A DNA stretch of 62,123 bases, counting the filler, from Sluysia triapertura (Eukaryota): the NCBI GenBank assembly GCA_046118255.1. It is 5 parts of 5 records of this genome, joined end to end, with 100 filler letters (N's around TTAATTAATTAA, not from the genome) between each part and the next. Parts side by side here need not be neighbours in the genome. Positions count along the whole stretch, not along the records: positions 23,651 to 38,195 come from JBJNIA010255409.1; positions 38,296 to 49,378 come from JBJNIA010189176.1; 3 more parts are not named here. One strand, written 5' to 3'. Shown piece after piece: positions 26,421 through 38,518 of this stretch. The notes beneath the pieces are model-generated. The model had not been told where the DNA came from and made no database searches. It saw only the letters and a program-made list of their open reading frames with translations. Positions within the stretch are counted from its first letter, which is position 1. Each line of letters opens with the position of its first letter. The position numbers and the translations under genes are program-made.

Positions 26421-28132
26421 TTAACTAAAAAAATATATAAGATAATAAATAAGTAGTATTAAAAGTATTAAAATTAGAAATCCTAAACCTAAATAAAATT
26501 AATTACTATTTTAATTGGTGCATAACTTGAGATGGATGGTAAACAATCACATACAGTCATATGCTTGATCCTTACTATTTTTAACAGTAATTTTAATATT
26601 AATCGTTATGAATTAAAGATTGTATATGACCCAACTTGAATGCCAGTACCATTACATATGATCCATTATGCAATATGTGTAAAGTTCACATTTTAATATT
26701 GTTTATGATTATTATAACTGTTATTATTATTATTATTATTACCAACATTTGTATCATTTTATTTTCGGAGCTGTTGCTGCATGTGATGACCAAAAGGAAT
26801 TTACGGTTACTAAGTCTATAAAATTACACTTAAAATCAAACATGAACTTATTATCCTCGCAATTATTATAAAATTGTTAACTTTTATTAAATATTTACTA
26901 ACACGATTTTCAATATTAATAAAGAAGATTCGAACTAATACGAAATAAAAGCAGAGTTAGTCAACACACACTGAATAATACAAGCATAAGTCAAAAAATC
27001 TAAAATTTATAAAAACTTGATATATTTTTTGTATCACATCATCTTTTGTGCGATGCGGTTCTATAACTTCCAAACGTGACACTATATGTTCAGTAATCCA
27101 ATTCCTATGAGTTTCTAAATTAAAATAATTAATAATCATAACTAGTTTTTAAATTCGAAATAAACTGAGTGTTTTAGCTTGAGGTTGTTTTGTTACAACA
27201 CATTCATAATGATGAACAGTTTTATGTAAATAAAAAATGTCATTCTGTTGAATCAGTTCTTAGATGTGAAAATTACAATTTATTCAACTTTGGAAGAATT
27301 CATCGTTGTTATTGTTGTTCTTACAAAATCTCTGACTGCTTTTTAAAATCGTTTTACATATTTCAAAATTCAATAAGGAAATGTATAATTTTAACTTTAA
27401 CTGATCAATGGTTATTTTCAAATTGATCTAGTTTTATTAAATAAAGATAAATAATTCAAATATTTCAAAAGATTAATAGATGATTAAGTATGAAAGTATT
27501 CAGTTAAAAATAATCCATAAACATCAGTTGAAATTTCTCACGATAAACTTAATTTAACTCTCTATGTTTAAATTGTCAATGCAACAACTTTTAACTGCAT
27601 TTATTTTTGTTTATCAAATCGATCGTTTAAAGAAATATCTTTCCAAATTATTCTTATTCATACTGTTCTCATTATATCGATTGATCCAGATAAACTGAAT
27701 AAAAGCCATAAAACACTCCATCTAGCCTACAGAAACGTTTATGGATAATTTTTTATTCAATAGTTTTGCTCGTTTTTCTTATTTGATATTAGCTTATTTT
27801 TATTGCTTTTTTTGAAAAATTACTCGGTCTCAGTAGTACATTTCAAATTTAATTTAATGCTTCATGATGTTCATAAATTAATAAACAATGAAAAGCTTAA
27901 AAATAGTGCAAGTTCAGTAGTTATTAAGAGCCTTCGAAATCCATCTGAACGTGTAAAATCGCAATAAGTAATACTGAGCTACATCAAAGACCTTAGCACA
28001 TGTACAATCATTGTAATCTTTGAAAGGGTAATACTGAATCTGGAATAATCTGAAAATATAAAAATTATGAAATAAAAAATTTTTTAAATCAATTATTGAT
28101 CCATTACTATGTTATGATTTAAGTATTTTGAA

Positions 28133-29029
28133 ATGAAGAAGTTATTATTTGCTCTAGTTTTGTTTTCAACTTGTTTGTGTTCATATCAATATGATGCTCA
28201 AATAATGATTGATAATATACACGCTGATGCAGATGAAAATAGTGATGGCGAGATTGATATATCAGATTTCGCATTCCGAGATGATGATTTTCTTAATACT
28301 GACATATTTTTAAAAAGTTTAACAAAAGATAATCTTTGGAAATTAAGTGATGCTCACAATTGGACAAATGACGTTGTTGTTTTGTGGTTGCTGCATGAAG
28401 TAGGATTACTTCAATATTCATCTTTATTTATATCAAACAATATTAATGGTACTTATTTTCCTAGATTAGTAATATCAGATTTTTCTTATATAAAAAATAC
28501 TTTAAATATTACTAGTGCGTCACATTGTCAAAAAATTGCTGTAAAAGCTAAAAATATAATTTTGTTTGATCCTAAAAAACTTACAATTAGTTCGAAAAAG
28601 AAATTAGATACTGATAATCATATCATTTTCATCGTCATTAACAAAGTTACAGATGTGAATTATAAAACAAAATTTTGCGGTTCTTGTTTTATTCTCGAAC
28701 TGGTTATTCTATTTTTAGTATTATATTTATTATACCGTTTTATAAATGTTATACTTTTAATAACAAATCTTGTTGGTCAATTAAATTTGATATTTGTTTT
28801 CTCGTTAATTGTTTTGGGCCTAAAGCCCATGTTTATAAATCCCAAAATAATGTGTTTTAATCTTCTTAATTTAATTATAAATTATTTTTTAAAAATAAAC
28901 AAAAATAAAGTTAATTTAGAATTCTTAAAATTAAAAATAATATTGCCCTCCACACAATTATTATTATTATTTTATTCTTACTTACCATTACTATTATTTA
29001 ATGTTATTATTTTTATCAATATTACATAA
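28133..29029 (+). CDS. STIM: STIM-like EF-hand/SAM membrane protein, intronless, lacking cytosolic coiled-coil/CAD
   Basis: Signal peptide MKKLLFALVLFSTCLC; EF loop DENSDGEIDISD; SAM HNWTNDVVVLWL..EVGLLQY..LF....ING..FPRL...SHCQKIAVKA..IILFDP matches STIM1 YNWT.DEVVQWL...V.LPQY...PRL...SHRQKLQLKALD.VLFGP; hydrophobic C-terminus. Confidence 0.85.
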   Translation: MKKLLFALVLFSTCLCSYQYDAQIMIDNIHADADENSDGEIDISDFAFRDDDFLNTDIFLKSLTKDNLWKLSDAHNWTNDVVVLWLLHEVGLLQYSSLFISNNINGTYFPRLVISDFSYIKNTLNITSASHCQKIAVKAKNIILFDPKKLTISSKKKLDTDNHIIFIVINKVTDVNYKTKFCGSCFILELVILFLVLYLLYRFINVILLITNLVGQLNLIFVFSLIVLGLKPMFINPKIMCFNLLNLIINYFLKINKNKVNLEFLKLKIILPSTQLLLLFYSYLPLLLFNVIIFINIT

Positions 29030-29341
29030 AATAATATCAACATTATCTAGGTAGTAGCTACCACTATCAATGATGACAGTATCAAATCGTATTCACTATC
29101 TTCTGTCATTATTGATAGTTAATTGGTTCACATCCAACATTGTTTTAATTGTGCTACCATTGCGCTACTCTTTCTCTCATTCTGGTTGAGCAACCAATAA
29201 TATGCCGAACACCAAAATCAAACACGTTACGGAATACAAAAATAATTAATGCTAAAAAAGAGACTGGAGTAAAAAAAGTTAAATTGAAAATATTCAATCA
29301 CAGATAAGAAATTAATTGAAACTATACAATGATTTATTTTA

Positions 29342-30255
29342 GTGAATTTTTATCGTCAAAAAGAATTCTTAGGTAATATTTTTAAATTAAATTGTTTAAA
29401 GTTAATTAAACTTCAAAAACATGTTTTACCATTCTTACTGAAATTTAAAGATGTTATTGATTTATCCGAAAACAGCAGTACAAAAACTGATTCTTGCTCT
29501 ATTCGAGTTATTCAACAAGGTTTAGATAATAATCAGCAATTAATGGATGCAATGATTTTGACCCCTATATTCGAATTGATAATACAGCAGTATATTAAAT
29601 TAATTAAGATGTGTAAAGGATTAAATCCGAAAATAATGTGTTAATCTAGTGATATAGATATGATCGATCAACGAACAGAACTTAATATTTTAGATATCAA
29701 CATTGTATCAACTCTGTATCAAATTTTTATGATGCTTCGCCATACAAATCAAATTAAAGAAATTTTTTATCCTATACAACATCTAGTAATTGAGAAGGCA
29801 GATAAAATGATATGTTATGAATTAGATGAAGAGACCGAAAGAATTCTATGCATGTTACCATAAAAATTAAGTAATAATAGAAAACAGAGAAATAAAAAGA
29901 TGTTCAAACAAATAAAAATTCACCCGGCAACATGCACGGAGAGTTAAAATAAATTTAGGATTTCGTGTTATGATGTACAATTTGTTGATGTTACATTAAA
30001 ATTTAATTTTCCAACACAGACAATGTCGAACCATACTAGAAATAAAGTTAATTTTAAAATACTATTCGAAGCATTGATGCATTACATTGTTTAAAGTTTT
30101 AGTCTTCGCTAATGATGGTTCTGATACACAAGTCATGTTTACCAATGGTTTTTTTTCAGTAAAGCATTGGATATTAAAGTTATAGTTTCAGTTGCCAACC
30201 ACAATGTTATAAAATTATGGATTCTTATTACTACGGAGCTAAACGATTTGCAAGC
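29342..30255 (+). pseudogene. DEAD-box RNA helicase pseudogene
   Basis: ORFs 29342-29644 and 29660-29863 share a frame. AMILTPIFELIIQ (Ia, PTRELA.Q), IVSTLYQI (Ib), LVIEKADKM (II, DEAD), KQIKIHPAT (III), SKALDIKVIVSVANH (V, RGLD). Multiple stops and frameshifts. Confidence 0.75.
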
Positions 30256-31334
30256 GATATTAGATTAGTTTTAGTGCCTCCATTGTAATTCATGAAATCG
30301 AAAAGTCTCAATCAAGTCCACACAATTCTGCATCCCAAGATGGCTATGTTAATCAATTTAAACACGCCCAGACGATTGCGAAACCCTATAATCTGAGGAA
30401 CCGACATCTAATGACATAAAATAACATTAGGTCGACAAACCTATGGCATCTTCGAAAAATCTTTAGCATCAGTTTTGAAAATTTTAGTCTTTGTACTTTT
30501 AATAAAAATAGATTATCATATTGTTTATCGTATTTTATAAGGAATCAAAATTATACTACGTAATCAAAGCTGTAACAAAGTTTAATCGTTACCTTAACTT
30601 TCATATTATAAATTTTAATAATCCAAAAGAAAAATGTATAATAAACATTTACTATTTGAAGTCAATCATGTTTTGTAGCATGATCAAATACATCACCTCA
30701 TCACACTCATGAACATTCTTTTTTTACTTGGCGATCACTTGTAATCTCTGTATTATTTTCATCATCGGAACCATCGTCATTATCGAAACTATCATCATCG
30801 ATTTCTTCACAATTTGATATTCGCTCACTAATGTGATATCTTTATTATATGTATTTAGTATATTCCATAGGTGATAATTTATTAATTCATTAATACAATA
30901 TAATTTATTGGAGTTTTAGATGATTTTAGGTTGAGCTTTTGACTTTCCTTCTGTGAAATGTTGTTATCTTTATTCTAGAAACGCGTAGATCTGATATGTT
31001 GTAATCTTGTGATAATGTGGTATTCACGTAAATTGTTTGGGTATATTGATGATTTGTAGAGTAAATTTGTCTAAATTAATGTTACTGTTAAGTGATTTAA
31101 GGTTTAAAAAGTGCAACTGAATGATGTGGTGAGTTGTTTGATTGATACGAGATATAGAATGTAAAAAAAGGCTGTGATATGGTAAAGAATTATGAGATTT
31201 AGATTTGGAAATTTGTTAATTATGTTATGAGTTACGTATTAATTTTTGATGATAATGTAATATAATGAGATAATGTAATATAATGAGTTTGGATACCTCA
31301 GTAAAATAAAAATATTATATATGAGTATAAACAA

Positions 31335-31530
31335 TACATGTTATTGTATTACGAAGAAAATAGTTATATTGCAAAATATCCATTATCTTTTTTACAATTA
31401 ATATTTATGAGAATTATAAGCATGAATATGGAAAAAGATATTAAGATAATCATAACTTTTATTTTTCATTTTACTAATATCATGCGGATAAACAGATACC
31501 AATTTATTCAAATTGAACCATAATAAAATT
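31335..31530 (-). pseudogene. CLN3/battenin-like fragment, paralog of 37853-38195
   Basis: tcatgcggataaacagataccaatttattcaaattgaaccat aligns with tcatatggataaacagataccaaattattcaaattaaaccat (about 38142-38183). Confidence 0.45.
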
Positions 31531-32804
31531 ATATCATTTGATTTAATATTAAGCCATGTTTACTAATGCTTTTCACTATCACTTTTATCTTCAAATAATA
31601 TTTTCTGTTTCGCATTATTACGTACTTTCAAATTATGGATATTATCTTTATAAATTATTTGTAATAAATATTTATACATATATATTTACTAATACAATTC
31701 CACTATCACTCTTATCTTCAAATCATATTTTCTGTTTCACGTAATTGCATACATTTGTAATTTATGCATTAATTTATTTTATATGTTAATTTAAATATTA
31801 ATTTAATTTCTATGTTGCATAACCATGATGGTTATCACAGATTGCACGTAATATAATATTTGGTAGGATATACAAATGAAATATATAGTTTAACTAACTT
31901 GTAAGAGATAATAGTGACATTTTAATGGGGAATATAGTGGACATTTAATTCAATATCTAAATGTAAGTTATTGAATTATCGCGCATATGAGATAGAATAA
32001 TCAAGTCACTTTCGAATGTCTAATATCTTGTATTATAACATAATATTCATCAATTTGTTCATTAATTTATTCATTAATCTGAAATTATTTTTTAAAATTT
32101 AAAATTGGTTTAATTTTAAAATTAAAATCATTATCGTTAAGATTATAATGCTTTATATCAATTTAAAATGAGATTCAAAATTTAATAACTAACAATTAGT
32201 TTTAGATTAAAATAAAATAAATAATCCTTTTAAAATGATATTCTATAAAGACAAAATAACATTAAATTTTAAGAACATAAAAATTATTCTAATGAGTGAT
32301 AAAATTATATTAAATTGAGATTCAGTATAATTAGTATGCAATTAAAAAATAATAACATTATTGTCATCAAAATTAACTTAAATTAAAGATTGAGAGAATA
32401 ATGTTATATCAAATCTAAAAGCATTTTAATCGACAAAAACCATATTAAAGTGAGATTTAATATGAATAGTATAAAATTAAAATTTATCAACAATTTTAGA
32501 TAAATGTATGTGCCACTTAGACATTACTATTTATTACTTATAAATTACTTATTATTACTAAAAATTTCAAACAGAAAACAATAATTATTATGTGTAAATT
32601 ATTTAGTATTATTATTAACAATTTCAGACAAAAAGCAATAATTACTATGTGTATTATTATTAGTTACTGCTTCTAAATTATTACTATTAATCGATACCTT
32701 GTATATTATTATTACTAATTTTATTACTCCTATACATAGAATTTAATAAATTTTCGTCATATGTAAAAATAATATAAATAAACAATTTGATTTTCAATCC
32801 ACGC

Positions 32805-33075
32805 AGAATTTTCAGACAAGATTTTATAGAATTTGACATAGTATTTGGTACAGAATTTGATACAGTATTTCACAGTATTTCATAATGTCAGACTGGATTT
32901 TACAGAAGTTAAAAGAGTATTTAACAATATTACGTAGTATTTAGCAAGTATTTGGCAAAGTATTTGATACAGAATTTTATACAAAATTTGACACAGTTTT
33001 ACAGTATTTCACAGAATTTAATAGTAGTTGGTACGGAATTTGGAATAGTATTTCACACAAATTTTGGACAGTACA
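32805..33075. repeat. Degenerate ~12-bp minisatellite (tacagaatttga-like)
   Basis: Repeated acagaattt/acagtattt units; the minus frame reads as SNSV/PNTM-type tetrapeptides; similar units reappear near 33724. Confidence 0.7.
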
Positions 33076-33843
33076 AATTATTATTAGTGGAACTCGTCTG
33101 AGTATCCTGACTATATTGGAACTATTCAAAAAATATTTAATTTCATCGTTAATCATTAACTGAATCAAACATTGAATGTAACGGTAATTATTATTGATTT
33201 TTTGTCCGAAAAATTAAAATATTGTATTTCATTAACATTTATCATTATTTAACTATTTGTCACTTTAGATTTTGTTATAAAGTAGTTAAGTCATTGTTGA
33301 ATAAAATTTCTTGTTAATTTATTGCCTTATTAATTAATTGTTAAGTAGAAAGAGAGAGCCCCAAAGGAAGGATAAAACAAAATAGAATAAATAAAATAAA
33401 GTGAGACAAAATAATATTTATTCATATAACAATCAAAGTCAAAGTCCATTATTCTCGCAAATAAAACAAAGTAAAATAAAACAAAAAACTTATTTTCGTA
33501 TCCAATCCCGGTCATTGGAACGAGTATCCGAACTCAGACTTCTAGATAGAATAAACAAACATTAATTGAATAGTAAAACGATACAAAGTTTAAGCTGTTG
33601 CAGACAAACAATAATTTATATGAGCGAAGAAATGTGAAGTATTATTGAGTACTATAGTGTGTGTTGACTAAAATTAAGAATCTATTATAAAGTAACTTAA
33701 AGATATTGAGGAATAGTAACGTTTTACAGAATTTGTATGGAATTTGTATATTCAGAGAGCTATTTTAAATTTCTTAAAGAATAATTTTTATTAAGCTTGA
33801 ATTTTTTAAATTCAACAAATTTGCAATTGAATTATTTAATTTA

Positions 33844-34030
33844 TTTACATAATAATTCCATTGTCAGTCATTATATAAAAAGCCCACCATACAAATTGAT
33901 AATATCCATGTTTCGCAATCCAATATTATTATCGGTATTCGTTAATGTTTTCGACGAATCCAAAACTCATCATCATTTGAATTAAGTGCCGATATTCAGT
34001 TAAACCAGGTAATGATTAAACATTGAATGG
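33844..34030 (-). repeat. Inverted repeat arm 1 (pairs with 36130-36318)
   Basis: Reverse complement contains caaatgatgatgagttttggattcgtcgaaaacattaacgaataccgataataatatt, nearly identical to about 36182-36240. Confidence 0.85.
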
Positions 34031-34899
34031 ATTTTAAACCCTATAGAAAAATAAATATATTATTCTATTAATTTTATCTTCAAATGAGTTAATAATTTGA
34101 GATATTAATAGAATAGTTAATAACATTGATATTGATTTAATGATATTGAAAAGATAAGGGGATTGTTTATCATAAATCCCATTATCGTTAGAAAATTAAA
34201 ATGATGATGAAATTAGACATGGATGGAAATTGCTGTGAAATTTAATCAGTAAAATTGGTAGGCTTATCACTGACTAAAAAGAATAAACATATTTAATTTG
34301 AGTTTGTTCAATTTCTAATTTTTCCATTTCCTAAATCATCATAAATCTGTTATATAAGTAGTCGTATTTTTATAAAAATTTAGATACAAAAAGGAATCAG
34401 AGTCAGAGCTTTAGGTCAACAAAGAAAACAAAACCTTTTTAGCTGTATGGATGCTGCTTCAATTCATCTCTGGATAACGGTGAAATTCAAGATATTCATT
34501 AGTAATCAGCTAAAATAAACGTTTTGTTAATTTTATTTTGCATTAATACAGGCGTCAACATTTATCTTAGATAAGTTCTGTCATCTCTGGTTATGTTTTT
34601 TAATATTAAAAGATTTATAATTTTGAAGTTTATAAACAAAGACGATTTATTGTTAAAGAATAATTTGTGTTATTATTATGAAGAATTTTCATTGTATAAT
34701 TGTGATTTATCAAAGACAATATCGAAATTTTGAATTTAAATGGTTATTGAGTTTTAATTTAATAATTAAAACTTTAGATCAAAACTTTAGTCAGATCAAA
34801 AAAAGAAAACGAAAACATTTTAGTAACATTTTAATTATACAAAATGTAAAATATAATATGTTTTAAACATATCAAATATAGCTTAATTTGAAATATTCC

Positions 34900-35270
34900 A
34901 TTCTGAAATATGTAAAATCAGTGTTGATAAAATATTGTTATTATTATATTAATTAAATTGGCCCCCTGATTGTATACTCTACCACATTATCTCTAATATT
35001 TCCAAATTTGTAACGACATTAAAATATGCTTTGAGTGATATAATAAATTGGGAAATAAATTGTATAGCATTAGGTTAAGAATAATTTCAAGATTTATTTG
35101 TTTTGACTAAGTTATTAAAACATCTTCAATTATATTTATACATATTTTACATGTATTACCAAGTATCATAGCAAACTAATTCAGTATTTGCATTTGGTTT
35201 AGATAAATTAAATATTAACTTTTCATATGGATACTTCACACTTTATGTTAAATTATGGGCAATAAGGAAT
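34900..35270 (-). pseudogene. Possible further CLN3-like decayed fragment
   Basis: Fragments SVKYPYE..., MILGN..., AIQFISQFIISLKAYFNVVTNLEIL...SGGQF follow the CLN3 C-terminal order (LQ..N...VWFGF.PSI...LGGA.YVN). Confidence 0.3.
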
Positions 35271-36129
35271 AATGATATAAGGCATAGCGATTATAATTCG
35301 ACAATAAAAATGTAACAATAATTAAATTATAATAATTTCTTTGTTTATGTGATGATCTACTTAAAATTAGACATATTTATTGGATGATCTTTTTGAAGAA
35401 TTTTGAAATAAGCCTATTTATGTAATATATGGATACAAATTTTGCGATAATATTTTATTATCTTATTATTGAGATTTTATTTTGTGAATATACTTAAATA
35501 AATTTGATGTTAAATTATCCATTAAGTTAGAATTATCACAACATAGTTTACTTCTCATTATCATCGTAAGAGTGAAGTCAGTATTTTAAACATAATTTAT
35601 TTCAATTCGTCTAGATGTCCATTATTTATGAGTTTGAATGTGCTGTAAACTCTTTGCTCACTGGGGCTATTAAATTTTTGTCGTTCACATTTTGACTCTT
35701 AATATTGCTTCATGTTTTGTCGTTATTAGCTGCAGACGATTGAAAGATATATGACCAATTTAGCTAATAAATTGGTGAATACTTTTATTGTTATTGTTAA
35801 TGATCTATAGTAAGCTGATATGTTTGTGATGGGGAAATAAATTCTAAGATCAAGTTTCGTAGTTCTGATGCTCTTGAAGGAATGTTAAATGTGACTTTTG
35901 AGATAATTGTTGATGATTGAAATATATGGTAATGAATGGAAATGTGCTTGTTTTACAGATTATTGTACTGTCGTCACTATTATGAATGTTGAGTTTGTTT
36001 ATTTTGAATGTATTTTCTATTTTTGGTTCAATATTTAAAACATGGATCATTTAAGTTATTTGGAGATAAAAGTTTTTGAGAGTTTTGGAGTTTTGGTTCA
36101 CTGCAGTCACAAATGAAGATAAGTTAAAT

Positions 36130-36318
36130 TCATTCAACACCTAATCATTATCTAGTTTTAACTGAGAATCGGTATTTAATACAAATGATGATGAGTTTTG
36201 GATTAGTCGAAAACATTATCGAATACCGATAATAATATTCGATTATTAAACACAGATATTATCAATTTGTATGGTTGGGCTATTTGTACAATGCCTTCGA
36301 ATGGAATAATTATGTAAA
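36130..36318 (+). repeat. Inverted repeat arm 2
   Basis: Reverse-complement homolog of 33844-34030. Confidence 0.85.
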
Positions 36319-36591
36319 ATTACAAAAACAGATGGTATATATAGTATAAGATGTTGCATATAAGAGATTTGTTTGTTAGGGTGAGTTGAAAATAAAAATT
36401 TGTCAGGGAACTCAGGAAACTTTTCGTTTGCACGTGAAATGAAAGAAAATCAGAAAGAAATTATTTCTGGATACTTGTAAATGCCTCATTTTTAATTTAG
36501 AAAATACTCGCTTTAATGGCATTGAAAATCACAGCAGACACCTAACGTAAATCAAAATTGTTTGCAAATATAAACAGTCAAGCAATGATAA

Positions 36592-37335
36592 TTACTCACA
36601 GAATATAGTTATGTCCTTTTCTAACAAATAGCTACTGCAAAAGTTATCACAGTAATCTTGTTTTGAAGCAAAACGAGGCTTTGAATTGCGAGAATTTACT
36701 CGTGCACGAATAAAGTCATCTCTGGCCTCAAAACCATAAACAGCTTTTGACATATATGTAATCAGTTTTATGCAACATTCCATTCGTTGAGTGTGGTTCT
36801 TGTAATTCAAAGTGAGTAGCTCATTGCTGAATTTAGCAATATTAATACTTTTGCCTGATGAAGGCGTCTGATAGCTACTACCTGGTTCTTCAACCAGAAC
36901 ATAATTATCTTCAACAGTAGTGTCAGCATACCACTCGCCATTTCTGTTTACTTTGACCAAAGTTGTGTCTCGTCTACCATCAAAGGTGACTGTCGCATAT
37001 CACATTGCAAACCCTTTCTCAATAAATTAATCTCTTAATTTATTCTTACCTATCACAAAGTTTTACCGGAGTTATCATCACTCTCATGAAGTACCTCGGC
37101 ATAACAATTACTAGATTATTCTTCACTAAGTTACTTTCAGCATCTGAAAAATTTTTTGACATTTTACATCTCGTTTCTTCTTTAGTTTTCCGTTGTAAAC
37201 GCTTCTGCAATCTGGTTGTTGCTCAGTAGTCTATATTTTCAATAAATATTTTGCGAGAGTTTCTTTGATCATATAAAAACAACAGTTCATCTGGTGGAAC
37301 TTTCAAATTTTTAGGACAATGACAAGATACGCTTA
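36592..37335 (-). mobile_element. Internally deleted putative transposase of the FDGRxD / HTQxxE family
   Basis: CHCPKNLKVPPDELLFLYDQRNSRK, TFDGRRDTTL, EDNYVLVEEPGS.Y..PSSGKS, NHTQRMECCIKLIT...AVYGFEARDDFIRA; motifs recalled from a widespread invertebrate TE-derived protein family. Confidence 0.6.
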
Positions 37336-37852
37336 TGCGTGATAATTCAATAATTTACATTTAGCTAATGATTAAATGTCCACCAAATTCACAAGGTAAA
37401 ATGTCATTATAAACACTTACAAGTAAGTTAAAATATATATTTCATTTGTAATCCATCCAATATATTATTATTACATATAGATAGATCCATCATGGTTATG
37501 CAACATATAATGTTATATATCATATTTTTGTATAGATTATAAGAATTGTTTATTTTCAAATTAAGTAATTACGGATAATAACATTCATAACAGCATTCCA
37601 CTTATATTACCGTTTAAATTGCCATTAAAATCGAATTCAGTGAATTAAAATAAATCTGTTGATCTATAAACCTAATAAAACTCTTTAGTATAACCATACA
37701 GACTAATCAAAATATGTCCGCATTAGGCGATAATGTATTAGAGCTAAATCAGTGTGAAATAACCCCGAGTGAATAAGTTGTATTAATAAATTATAACAAG
37801 AAATTATTTAATCACATCTAGAAATTTTATCGTGCATTAATGTTACATTGTT

Positions 37853-38195
37853 TTATAATAATGTATAAATATTATCTTCATATATTCCAGTCAGTTCAAA
37901 ATATTGTGCTTCTTTATAATTATCAAGCCAAATACCACCAAGGGGAGTATAAACAATACTTGGTATTGTATTGCGAGGAAAATAGGAGCAACCATCAACA
38001 ATTTGTAATACAGCAAAAAATCCAGCATCTCGATCACAAAAGGCATGAAAGTAATTAATATAAAATATTCGTGAAATGAGATATCCAATATCGCCAAGGA
38101 TGCTAAAATAATTATAAATTTTACTTTTCATTATATTAATATCATATGGATAAACAGATACCAAATTATTCAAATTAAACCATGTAAATATTGTA
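37853..38195 (-). pseudogene. CLN3/battenin-like membrane protein fragment (divergent), cut by contig end
   Basis: IYNYFSILGDIGYLISR ~ QYRWYQMLYQAGVFASR; FFAVLQIV ~ ALALLQCL; IPSIVY ~ LPSIYL; PLGG ~ LLGG. Confidence 0.5.
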
Positions 38196-38295
38196 NNNNN
38201 NNNNNNNNNNNNNNNNNNNNNNNNNNNNNNNNNNNNNNNTTAATTAATTAANNNNNNNNNNNNNNNNNNNNNNNNNNNNNNNNNNNNNNNNNNNN
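38196..38295. other. Artificial contig linker
   Basis: 44N-TTAATTAATTAA-44N. Confidence 0.97.
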
Positions 38296-38367
<72 letters not shown>

Positions 38368-38372
38368 CAGTA
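38296..38372. repeat. Compound (TAA)n(TAG)n microsatellite
   Basis: Seen directly at contig start. Confidence 0.95.
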
Positions 38373-38518
38373 ATAAAAATAATGTATTCCACATTCAATA
38401 TGGTTTTCAAGCCTTGTTTTAATTAGTAAAACATTTATGGCTGCCTAGATAATGACATGCAAACTTAAATAAAAATTTGATATCAAAAACGACAAACTTA
38501 ATAGGTATATTTAGTATT

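Noticed and set aside
34390-34430. GIRVRALGQQR resembling the cereblon LON domain
   Set aside because: Match too short, with no supporting flanks
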